Shown: positions 36,415 through 49,489 of the stretch, in pieces | Layout: each line of letters opens with the position of its first letter | Numbering within the stretch: the stretch's first letter is position 1 | Origin: Paraphysomonas bandaiensis | Lineage: Eukaryota > Protista > Chrysophyceae | Direction of reading: 5' to 3' | DNA length: 64,000 bases | NCBI GenBank assembly: GCA_965644295.1 | Contig: CBFFRP010000428.1 | Span: forward strand, 1-64,000 | Notes under the pieces: model-generated | Seen by the model: the letters and a program-made list of their open reading frames with translations, nothing else | Told to the model about the DNA's origin: nothing | Databases searched by the model: none | Position numbers and translations under genes: made by a program

Positions 36415-37297
36415 ATTTATCCATTAAACACTATTATTTATAATATATGTAAGTATATAACTCCATTTTCAGAGTTCTGATAATAATCATAATCGGAATG
36501 TATGCTTTGTACATGTAAAGTGTTAGAATTGGACGTTTTACTGAAGTTGACTTTGCTCTACACTTAAACCTTAACCTTGCTTTTTTGAACACAATGCACT
36601 TTCGTGTAAGAAGTTATAATCATAAATCTATACACTTCACAACACATTCATGTAACACCTGGTGAACATCTGTTCAGCAACATCTGTTTAACATATATGT
36701 TATATTATGTTCACCAGTCACTCATATATCTTATATAGATACACATCAGTAGCTTAATTCGTAATTTAATTCCTTTGTAACTATTACCACCCCTTACACC
36801 TATGAGTTGATTTCGGCATTTCTATTGTTGCACGCTAGTAACTCACTTCAATTGCACAATATATATCGAATCATACTGCAGAACTCAACATCAAGTATAT
36901 GCAGTATATGACGTAGAAAGTACAGTACTTGTATATACAATCTTCTTAGCTCGCTTATTTAGTCGTCAAGAAGAATACGATAGAAAGAGTTTATTGTTGT
37001 GTCTGTGACGATGTCGGATGATTGAGTATCATCCATGTGGGTATCAGTTAACATATCCTCTTTATCCATGCGTGCACTGGACAGCAGGTAGATAGATAGC
37101 GCTTAATTTCACTAACACTTAACTGTGCTTATTATATCCTTTTACCTTATTATTCACCCTATCTAAAAACTCGTATAACTTAGCCTATTTTTCCATAGCT
37201 GTTCTAGAGATGGGTTTCTAGCCATAAATAGCTAGTTTCTACTTCCAGAAATATCCCTGCAGCAATCTCTTATTGTCCTACTATCTACTCCATATTG

Positions 37298-40200
37298 TAA
37301 CAGAAGTTGACATTATTTGCTAAGGTTTACTATTCTCAACTGATAAGATGAAATTATAAACATTACATGATAAAGAACCTAAGTTGTGTTCGATGTGTTC
37401 AACACCATTCATTTACTACTATAGTGTACAAACCACCCACTCAGTGATCGTATCCTGTATAGTCATCCACTTCTACTTCAGTTTCATACTACATAATATA
37501 ATGTACTAATTACATATATATCTTTCGATCCTTGCATCTCACATAATACTGCACTCAATTGCAAGTATATAGAATCTTCAGATCTCAACACTCCCCCTCA
37601 ATTGAGTGTTGTACTTATGACGCCTCCCAGCTATTGAATGCCTGAGATAAAAAAATTCTTGACAGTAAAATAGACTCATCTCTAAGTCTAAACCTCTGTC
37701 TAAAAAACTCAGTACCTACTTGCGCCTTCTTTTATCCCTTGGTCCCTCATTAATCACTTCAGTGGAACTCTTAACTTTCTCTCCAAGATTTCTCTTTCTC
37801 TGCTCCATATATGATAAACCAACCAATGACTTTGTATAAATATCTGCTGCTTGTTGCGATGTATGCACATGCACTAACTTAATCGTATTGAACTGATTGG
37901 GATCCACGTGCTCTCTCACCATGTGATACTTAATCTCAATGTGCTTCGACTTCTTGTGAAACACTGGGTTTTCGGCCAAATCCTGGGCACTCTGACTGTC
38001 GATGAAGAATGGTGTGGGTTTGATGAGCCTCAACTTAATCTCACCCGTCACCCCCCGAACCCATAGCACTTCTTGGAGACCCGAGTAAATACACTGATAC
38101 TCAGACTGCATGCTTGACGTTGCCACTGTCGTCTGCAGTTTGGACTGCCAGACTATAGGCCCTCCCGCTGCAAACCCAACGTACCCCGACGTGGACTTCC
38201 TGGAGAGCTGATCTCCCGCCCAATCCGCGTCAGTAAACATATGGAAGTCGAACCGTCTACTCCCATATTGAATCCCTTTGTCAATAGAACCACGAATATA
38301 TTGCCATACATGTGTTAATAGCTTGCATACTTCAATATTCACCTTATTACTGAACCGAGACAGTACTCCCACTGCATAGGCAATATCCGGCCTCGTGTTC
38401 ATCGATAGATATAGTAATGCACCTATCAGCGGCCGATATGGGAAGTTATCTACTATAAGCTGTTCCTCCTCGGTATGCTCATGCCGCGCCCCTTTTGCCA
38501 CTAAATCCATTGCTTCCGCCGGTAGAGGACTCTTCCGTACCTTTCGCGGTGACCCAAGATACTTTTCAAACTTTTCTAAGATCTTAGCCGCATATACTGA
38601 TTGGTCAAGACGAATATACTCTGGCGTTCTTGTGACTCGAACATTCAGAAAATGTTCCATCTCGCCCATATCCTTCATATCAAACCGGGCACACAGTTGA
38701 GCTTTAATATCCTTCACTATGTTGACATCACGACCTAACACTAGGATATCATCCACATATATCGTTAATAATATCAATTCATCGCCCTTATACTGATAAT
38801 ACAAACACGGGTCTAATACACATGGTTTAAAATGCATAGATCGTATGAATTTATCCAATGTTTTCCACCACGACCGCGGGGAACTCCGAAGCCCGTATAA
38901 CGACTTCTTCAGCTTAAAGCAGTACCCCTCAGGCAGCTGAAAGTCCGGAGTTGCCTTCATATATACATCCCCCTCTATATCTGCATATAGAAATGCGTTA
39001 GACACATCCAGTTGATGAATTACCATGTTCATCACGAAAGCTATGGCGATTAACAGTCGCACTGTTACCCCCTTAACAACGGGTGCGAAATGGTTCGCCC
39101 AACCACTCGACTGCTGTCCACAACCGATTGCTACAAGACGAGCCTTATATCGGCGGACCTCTCCCTCCTTATCGTACTTCTTTCCATAGACGTACTTGGA
39201 GTGCAGTGGGACGACTCCGTCCGGTATACGAGTCACCTCCATGGTATCTCGCTTCGCCAAACCCTCTCGCTCTACACGGCGAGCTCGTCTCCACTCCCTG
39301 TGCTCGGCACTCTCCAAGGACTCACGATGTGTCTGAGGCACTGTCGACTCTTCCGCTGACATCCACACTGAGTCTGCCTCCTGTAAAAGGTCACTCACAT
39401 CACTCTCATCACTCAAATGATGGATTTGTCCTAACACCGACACATTCGTTACCGTCCTTGGAGTTCTTGCGCGTTTGCCGTGCGGATGATTCTCGGCAGG
39501 GGTCCCTTCCCCCGAAGGTAATGCTGAGTCAGCCTGGGGCTGCACCTGCCCACTTTCCGACTGCTGTGGCACCACTCCGCTGATACCGCCGTCACGGTTG
39601 TCAGTAACTCTGGCCCTAACCACCCTCTGCGCAAGATCCTCTGTCATCTTCTTGATGTCAGCAATATGAATAGGAGTTTTATCCTCCACTTGAACCTGGT
39701 TACCAGTAACCAACGACCGGTATCCCACAATAAGTCCCTTCCTTATCACCACTCTGTTAGTCTTGTATAGCAGACCACCATCCTCATGGTGCTTTCCGAT
39801 AAGATACTCAAACTCACCCGGTTGACGAGCCTCGGGATCTATAGCCACTTGAGCCTCCTCCAGCTCTCTATAATAATCCTGAGACCTCTCAGGTACCGAT
39901 TCATCAAATAATACATGTACAGAGTGTACTACGGTGTCCCCCACTAGCACCTTGTATCCTTTTCGATCAGCTGGATACCCTATGAAATAACCTGTCATTG
40001 CTTTGTCCTCCCAGTCCTTCCTCCTGTCGGCCTTGGGTGTTAGCACATATGCTTTGCACCCCCATTTCCGTAGCCACGATAGGCTGGGAACGCTCCCCCT
40101 GGGACACACTCATATGGAGACATCCATCCTTGCCACGTCCGAGTTGGCATTCGTCGCACAATGTAACATGCAGTTTGATAAGCATCAAACCAGAACGACT

Positions 40201-42590
40201 TTGGAAGTCCAGATGCCGTCAACATCGTCAGTGTCATCTCCCCAATTGTTCGGAATTTCCTCTCAGACACCGCGTTGAGCTCTGGCGTGTCTCGTGTTGT
40301 ATGTGACACCCGAGTCCCATATCGCTGCAACAGATACTCTCTTATCTGCTGACTAATAAGTTCGGATCCTCCATCGGCATGATACTCCACTATACGGTTC
40401 CACCCCTCGTACTTCACTAAGTGGACCTCGCACAAGTGTCGTAGACATTTGAACACCTCCTCTCCGCTTCGAGTCCTCAATCCATATTCCCATATCATCT
40501 TTGTTGCTAAGTCCGTAAATAGGAGCACGTACTTATACCCTTGTCTGGATTCACAATTGAGATAGACGGAGATGTCCGCTGTTACTCTTTCCAGGAACCT
40601 GACTGCGCTTAGCTCTTCGTTGTCCCGTGATTTGAACGAATGCCTGGTTATCTTCGCCTTGGCACACCATTTACACAGGGGTTTCTTGCAACTCTTCTCC
40701 TTTGCCTTCGAAAGGTGATGTCGTTGTAGTCCTGATCCTCTGAATAACATGTGTCGGTGAGCTTCTATTAACTTCGATTTCGAGACATGTCCAGTACGCT
40801 CATGTAAGCGATCCAACGCATCTTGTCCTGTATTATCCGACAAATTTACCTCCTCCATCTGATTGCACATAGACACATTTGGCAGATTTAACACCTCCAT
40901 CAAGTCCACATACGGCATTCCTCCATGCTCATCGTACTCTCCAGTCAACACCTCGTTTCCAGAGTCCAATTCCACGATTTTAGGCTTTCGAAGCAGTTGT
41001 AATCCGTATCCCATTGATCTCAGCATCCCTCCTGACACAATGTTCTTCACCGCTTCTTCACTAACTCTGATGTCTCTCCATTCCCCGAATGTACCAGCCC
41101 CCTGTGTCTCCAATTGAGAACCCTTTCTAGTTAGTTGGATTGCCCCAAACTCAGGAGTAAATGACTCCAGTGCAATTTTATCCTTTACTATAAACAGTCT
41201 TTTACTTGCACAACTGTCCAGATATACACGAGGTTCTTCCGACGTATCCACCGATAGCAAAACCTCTTCTCCAAACATATTCGCTTCATCATCCGACGAC
41301 TCTCCGTCGTTGACGTATTTCTTCCATTCTGTCTCGAATTTCCTGTTCGATTTTCGAGGATTCTCATTATCCGGGTTTTTTATGTTCTTCCGTTTTTTCG
41401 ACTTGCACTGTCGGGCTTTATGACTAAAATCTCCACAGATATGACAACCAGTATAATCCTTTGATCCTGGCTGCTGCACACTCTTCGAAGCCTTTTCCTT
41501 TGTCTTCCCTTTTCTTTTGAACTTATCCATTTTTCTTTGTCGTTCCTTAGCATAACAATTCGCTGCTACATGTCCCTTCTTCCGACAAAATGAACAAACC
41601 ACTGGCTCCTTCGACGCCGTAAAATTGATCTCTTCAGATTTGTCTCCCTTTAGTTTCTTCAGCTGCGTCATAGCCTCGTCATACTCTTCACAAGCCTCTT
41701 TCACCGAATCAAATGTAGTTGTTGCTTTAGGCATCATCGCTACCGACATCCATAAATCATGTAATTCCTCTATCTGCAGCGCTGCTTTTATCTTTGCTAA
41801 TTTACTTGCCTCTGTCTGCGGTTGTCCCAATTTTATGAGCTTCTGGATTATACCGTTCAGTCGATCTACCCCAACAGACACCTTTTCCCCCGGCCTTATT
41901 TTGAACGAATGGTATTCTGCCGTAGTCTTCTCCAATACAGTCCCAATCTCGCCTCTGAACCTATCAACCAGTGTCTGAAGGAGCTCACTGGATAACACCT
42001 CCTTAGCAGGATCATCAGCAGGTAAAATTGCCTTCCCCTCCAAATATTGATTGGCTACCTCCAACACATCAGGGTCATGCTCGCAAGCCTCCCAAATAGT
42101 ACTAACACAGGTATCATTACGCTCTCTCCATGACTCTAAATTCCTTCCTCCGGCTGGCGGGTCCTCCAAGCCAAGATGGTTTCGGTTTTTCTTCATTAGA
42201 TGCATCTTGATTTTTCTCGCTGAATAGTCTGCTTGGTTCTTGTCAAACCGTAGCTTCTTGTCATCTTCCCCATCCCTACAACTATCACTCGCTACCATAA
42301 CAGAAGTTGACATTATTTGCTAAGGTTTACTATTCTCAACTGATAAGATGAAATTATAAACATTACATGATAAAGAACCTAAGTTGTGTTCGATGTGTTC
42401 AACACCATTCATTTACTACTATAGTGTACAAACCACCCACTCAGTGATCGTATCCTGTATAGTCATCCACTTCTACTTCAGTTTCATACTACATAATATA
42501 ATGTACTAATTACATATATATCTTTCGATCCTTGCATCTCACATAATACTGCACTCAATTGCAAGTATATAGAATCTTCAGATCTCAACA
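37298..42590 (-). mobile_element. Copia LTR retrotransposon family 2 (full length, young)
   Basis: 293-bp LTRs 37298-37590 and 42298-42590 that look identical by eye, TSD TATTG, PBS TGGTAGCGAG, PPT TGAGGGGGAG. Confidence 0.97.
37716..42313 (-). CDS. Gag-Pol of Copia family 2 (one frameshift near 40095)
   Basis: Two CCHC knuckles, YLDSCAS protease, HHCC + D,D,E integrase (ADIS/HADGG/NAVSERK), RT LKKSLYGL/IYVDD, RNase H TDADWAGD. Confidence 0.93.
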
Positions 42591-43390
42591 TATTGTCTCA
42601 TACAACGCCTACATACTACTCATACTACCATAATACTGTACAGGCTACAATAAACGTCCGTTACGTCCGTATGTACGGATAGTTCCGGTACACTCCAACC
42701 CTGTATCTGGCCTTAATACTCATATCTCATGACCTTGTCTTAACCATCTTCTACCTCTTATCTCATGTTATTTCTTATACTACTTCACCTTGGTTCTCAT
42801 ATCACATCAACCTTATAACCCACCATTTCCACTACACCCAAGATTGCTACATGTCAATTGGAATTAAACTTTTACCTTTTATCAGTCCGTATATCGCATT
42901 TGTCACTTGCAGTTTCCTCAAATTGTGGCCTGTGGTCACTCTATATTTTGTATATGCGCAAAGATATATTGTATATACTATAGAAAGTTTATATACTGCT
43001 GGTTGGGTTCACATTTGCCATTTTTGATTTGAAGATGGATCATATAAAATTATGGCGTACTAAGTGAACAAAACAGATATATCGTTTACACTTTAATCTA
43101 CGTAGACGACGAGTATAGTGTGATAGAGTTATACATTTAGCGCTTTAGGCTGTAGAATATCTAGTCACAACTGTTTTCGTACCAATGCATGTTAACATAA
43201 AACAATATAGACGGCCATTCCAAGTATTCACTAGAGTAGACTGGCCATCTGTGTGATTATATCACAGTCTGTCGGTATCAAACTGAGCGTCTATAAAGCT
43301 TAAAAATCAAACAAAAACTCGGTCGTTAACCCAATACAAATCTCGAATGTAGTGGCCGACTATTCACAGAGTAATATGATACTACTCGCA

Positions 43391-46139
43391 TCAACTAACA
43401 AAGTGAGTGCCAATGAAACATTCCGGCATCATGACGTCGTATGAAGAGACCATGTCAACACTGTGGTAGTCAGTCCCCGCGTCACCACGGGTCCTCTGCA
43501 TGTAATTGACAGTAGCACACCACGACGATGATAGTGGCCCCACAAAAAACTCGGCCTCGGTTGCTATGTACAGATTAGCCATCGACAGCATAAAGTTGTG
43601 ACCAGAGCCCACGTTATTTATATTATCAATATTGTGGAGAGCATCATGAAGGTAGTGAAAGTAGTAGTCCGGGTAATCACTGAAAAAACAGTATTACGAT
43701 GGAAAATACCAACAAATAACAGCATAACTACACCTTGTCAAATTCCGAAGTACGTCAATTGACTCAGTGAACACAAATATATGTCGAATGTGGGGAGCTT
43801 TCTTAGATATAATGTGCATATAGCGCCATAGCGGCACTTGGGACTGCACATACATACTCGCAAAGCGGTGCTGGAGGAAAGAGAGGTTCGCAGGCGAGAT
43901 TCGGTTCTGGAAAACTTCCTTCAAGTGAGCTGAGTACCATTTCCTTGGACGCAAAATATACCGGACCATTTGAGCCATCCATGGCATGAATGCCTCGTCC
44001 ATAAAAGCTCTGAAATAACCCATTTCACGCTTATGAGGATCAAGTATATCCAGAATGCCCGTGTCGCTTACGTGGTTGTCACCATCTGAGGACAATACAT
44101 ATCCCAACTCTCCTATGTGCAGTCCACTGAAGAAGGCCCTGTCACCGTTCCATGCACTACCACAAGCTGAGCAGGGCCCCCTCGAAGGCAGCTGCCGCAT
44201 AATCACGACCCGAGAATCTCGTGTGGGATATGCGACCAGCCTCAAGCCATCGCGTACCACTTCGGCTCCTGCTAAGTCACTGGACTTGAGGCGGCAAGAT
44301 GTGAGAGTGCGAAAGTAGGATTCGAAGAGAGAATTTTTTTTGAAAAGATGCATCCACCTGGGGCCCGCCCACCTATTGCTTTTGAAGCGCTGAGACGTCA
44401 AGTGAAGTATGCGGCCGTTGCATATCGCAAAGCGCAGCATTATAGCTATCTCTGCCAACATTTCTCCTAATCCATTCACTTCATTTGCGGGATCAAAGAC
44501 AAGATACTTGGCCCCCATGCAGCCTGCCCTTTGATGCTCAGAACCAGAGTTTACATCTCCTGATGGATTTTGCCAGTGCTCTAAACGCCATTGAAACTCC
44601 TGGGTGTGGTTACACCATAAAGGTTCTGTGCAGATCAGGGGGTCATACTGCACATCAAACGGCTCCGGAAGAAGGGGATCACTACGGCCCTCAAATGCTG
44701 AGCATCGCTGTGTAGCCGAAACTTCTACGTATAACTCGTACAAGTACACCGCACAGACAGTTAATCTATATTCTAGTTGTTGCTGGTCCAAGAAAGAACC
44801 AAGAGCGTTAGCCAAGCCACTGCAATAGTACTCCGCATAGGTCGATACACCAGTTGACGTTAGGTCAGGTGGGAAAAGCAGCGAGCACTCAGTAAAGGGC
44901 TCACTTTTACAAAGTACAAACCCGTCATGATTCACTGTTGTGTACGCATCTGTGTGAATACTGAAAGGTGTGGGGAACGAATAATTTGGCGCGATGAAGG
45001 CTGAGTGGTCGGACGGGAGGTCGAACGCGATGGAAGGCCTAGCGGGTATGGAAATATATGGACATCCTTGCGTAATAAAATGATGTTTCTCCTGAGTATA
45101 TCCTCCATCTCCATCACTTTGTATGATCTGTAGCAGCTTCACACCTCCAGTAGAATTAATCTCTTGCATCCTTGTACCCGAAACTATAGAAAACTCAGTG
45201 ACAGTTTTCCCCTCGGAACCTATTGGATCCACGCCCTCCTGATATGCAAAATACACTCCATACTACAGGATAAAAAAATATGTTATATACATGTCTATTG
45301 AACTTTGTAGGGGCTTGCCTCTTCCAGTAGGAACATGCCAGGTCGATACGGGATAAATACCCTGTTACTGTCTGGTACTTCAGCTATTTCCAGGTACAAG
45401 TCATTCGCATCGGGCAAAGAAACTCCTACGATGTCAATAACAAAAAGAGACTGCAAATCACTGGCAGGTATCGAGGCGCGACTAATGACTTCCGACCGCA
45501 CCGCTGGAGAAACATGCCAGAACACCTCATAGCCTGCATAAATTATATCACCTGGGAAGCGTAGATGAGACAAATTACTCGACCTTCCGATATCAGCATC
45601 TTTATTAAGTCTTTCGAATGCATGGAGAAAGAATTTGATATATAAAGAGTCGGCTTACACTCTCTTATGATCTTAGAGTTTCGCAGTAATAATCCATTGG
45701 AACTAGAAAACTTCACAACTTTAGGACACATCGATGGGGCACCAGAATCCATCAAAATTTTCTGTATAGAATCCACTGACACCTTCTCAGTTTGCTCGTT
45801 AAACTTATGAATATGCTGTAAGCGTCCAGACACGAGGATTGGTTTGGACGGCAGCTGCAGGAGACTCTCAGCCATATAACTGAACGCGCTGTAGTTCTGC
45901 TCTATGCCCACTATACGCCCGCTATACAAGTAATCAGACATGAATCTGATGTGATGACCAGTGCCTGAGTCTATCTCGACGTATATGTCGTGTGGTTGTA
46001 GTAACATCTTCATGAGTGTGTTTACTGTCAGGCAGAACTCTCCGTATCGAGACATATACATATGAGCACTATGAGGACACAGGAGGGACCCTGCAGGTGC
46101 TAGACACACGCACAATAGCAACAGATAACACACACGCAT
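43391..46139 (-). CDS. Secreted or signal-anchored multidomain protein: SAM-methyltransferase-like N-terminus plus alpha-1,6-fucosyltransferase (GT23)-like C-terminus
   Basis: Signal peptide MRVCYLLLLCVCLAPAG. YVEIDSGTG..GRIVGIEQ (Rossmann MTase-like). HWQNPS..CMGAKYLVF..NGLG and IFVFTE...LYIATEAEFFVGPLSSSW (FUT8/GT23-like). Exon ORFs 45543-46211, 45295-45573, 43694-45256, 43391-43612. Confidence 0.6.
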
Positions 46140-46767
46140 GCCTGCTATCCACACAGGTCCAAAGAGCTGTAAGTTATGTGGATAGCGGGAGCGATACAGC
46201 GCATGTCCCACACTGCAGTGGGAGCAGCTGCTGTATATGATCTACACCTGCATCATATCATACAGCTGCTTTGTATATTTTTGTTCCAAGATGCCTCTAA
46301 TATTGAGACAATAACAATATGTATTCCAGACGTAGTTTTATTGCAGCAATATAGCGAATATTTGCTTCAATTAATTTCCGAAAAACAAGATGCTGATTGC
46401 CGATACGTGTGAACAACTGTGAATCAACGTATATATGGTATACATAGGTATACGTGTACGTATATGGGAGTTATAGTATACAGCACTGTATTCTCCTTCA
46501 TCCATATGTCACAATTCCACGAAAATTACACACTTTGGACCATCTTTTGGTCTCTGGGGGCCTCATTAATCAGGTTTGTAGGATTATTCTATTGGCTGTA
46601 GTCTGCATCTGCAGACCATATCTAGATATCACACTGCATATATGTATGTATATATATATATGTATGTATGTGTATGTGTATGAGTATGTAGAGCACACTC
46701 CGCATAGCACACTATAGTAAGGCACATCTGCTGTGAGAACATCAGTCTATCCAGTGATCGTATAGCT

Positions 46768-48523
<1,756 letters not shown>

Positions 48524-49335
48524 ACTGAAACAATAGATTCTTTATCGTTGCCTATTTTCGTGCCCATTTACTAACAGTAATCATTTTCGTATTCTGCTCT
48601 GAATATTCTACATTCTTTGCAATGTCGACTATTATTCGCTGCACTTGTAGTACAATTAGTAAGCAGTGTATATGTGTATATGTCAATTATTGAAATTGGG
48701 ACATCGATTCATTGTTGTTGCAATTACTTGATGTTAAAACCCCCACCTTTTATGCTAAAAAAATGTTAAAAAACGGCACTTTTATTGAAAAATCGAAGAT
48801 TAGTGAAAGACTATATATAATTGGTAATATGGTTCAAACAACTTGTGTAACCTCGCATTATATCCTGTTTAAGGCGGTTATTGCACAAAGAACAAATATG
48901 ATACAGAGGATTCTCTGAATCCACTCGGAAGAAGACTCTGTAAATTACACTGCCATCAATTTTTTCGGCCATCATCGTTGCTTAATATGCTGTGTTTATT
49001 GCATATATATGGTATAAATACAGAGTATATTACTTCGCTTAGTTGTGTACTGCTGTAGCTTCTTTCAACTTTGGGGAAAAATAGTGTTTTTATGAATGTT
49101 TTTAGGTGAAATATGCATATTATCAATGATTAGTTTAGAGTTTTTGGGTATATGGGTACGTTGATATGGATATCGTCAGGACACTCTTCTCTAACTGTGG
49201 AATGCATTTAGAAGATAGTGAACAGAGTTGCCACAGAGTGCCTGTAGAGTTGCATGAATATTGTTTAGAGTTTCTTCGGAGTATAGAGGAGATACTATAT
49301 TCTATATTATCTTAATAACACTCAGTTCTATATAT

Positions 49336-49445
49336 AGCAGTGCAGGTCATTAATGGTAGTCCAGTTTCCCGCAATTATAATAAAAAAGTCCCGGCAATTA
49401 TAATAGCATTACCATTAATGGCCCATTAATGGTTACCAGGCCCTG
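49336..49445. mobile_element. Degenerate copy of the hAT-type MITE
   Basis: Ends in GGTTACCAGGCCCTG. Interior resembles the reverse complement of 59221-59317. CTATATAT occurs at both 49328-49335 and 49446-49453. Confidence 0.6.
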
Positions 49446-49489
49446 CTATATATTATCCATAGGAGTATCTCACATTATAATTCATTTAC

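Noticed and set aside
37090-37297. Possible older solo LTR hosting copia family 2 (with 42591-42860)
   Set aside because: Only compositional skew; no termini, TSD or second copy seen.
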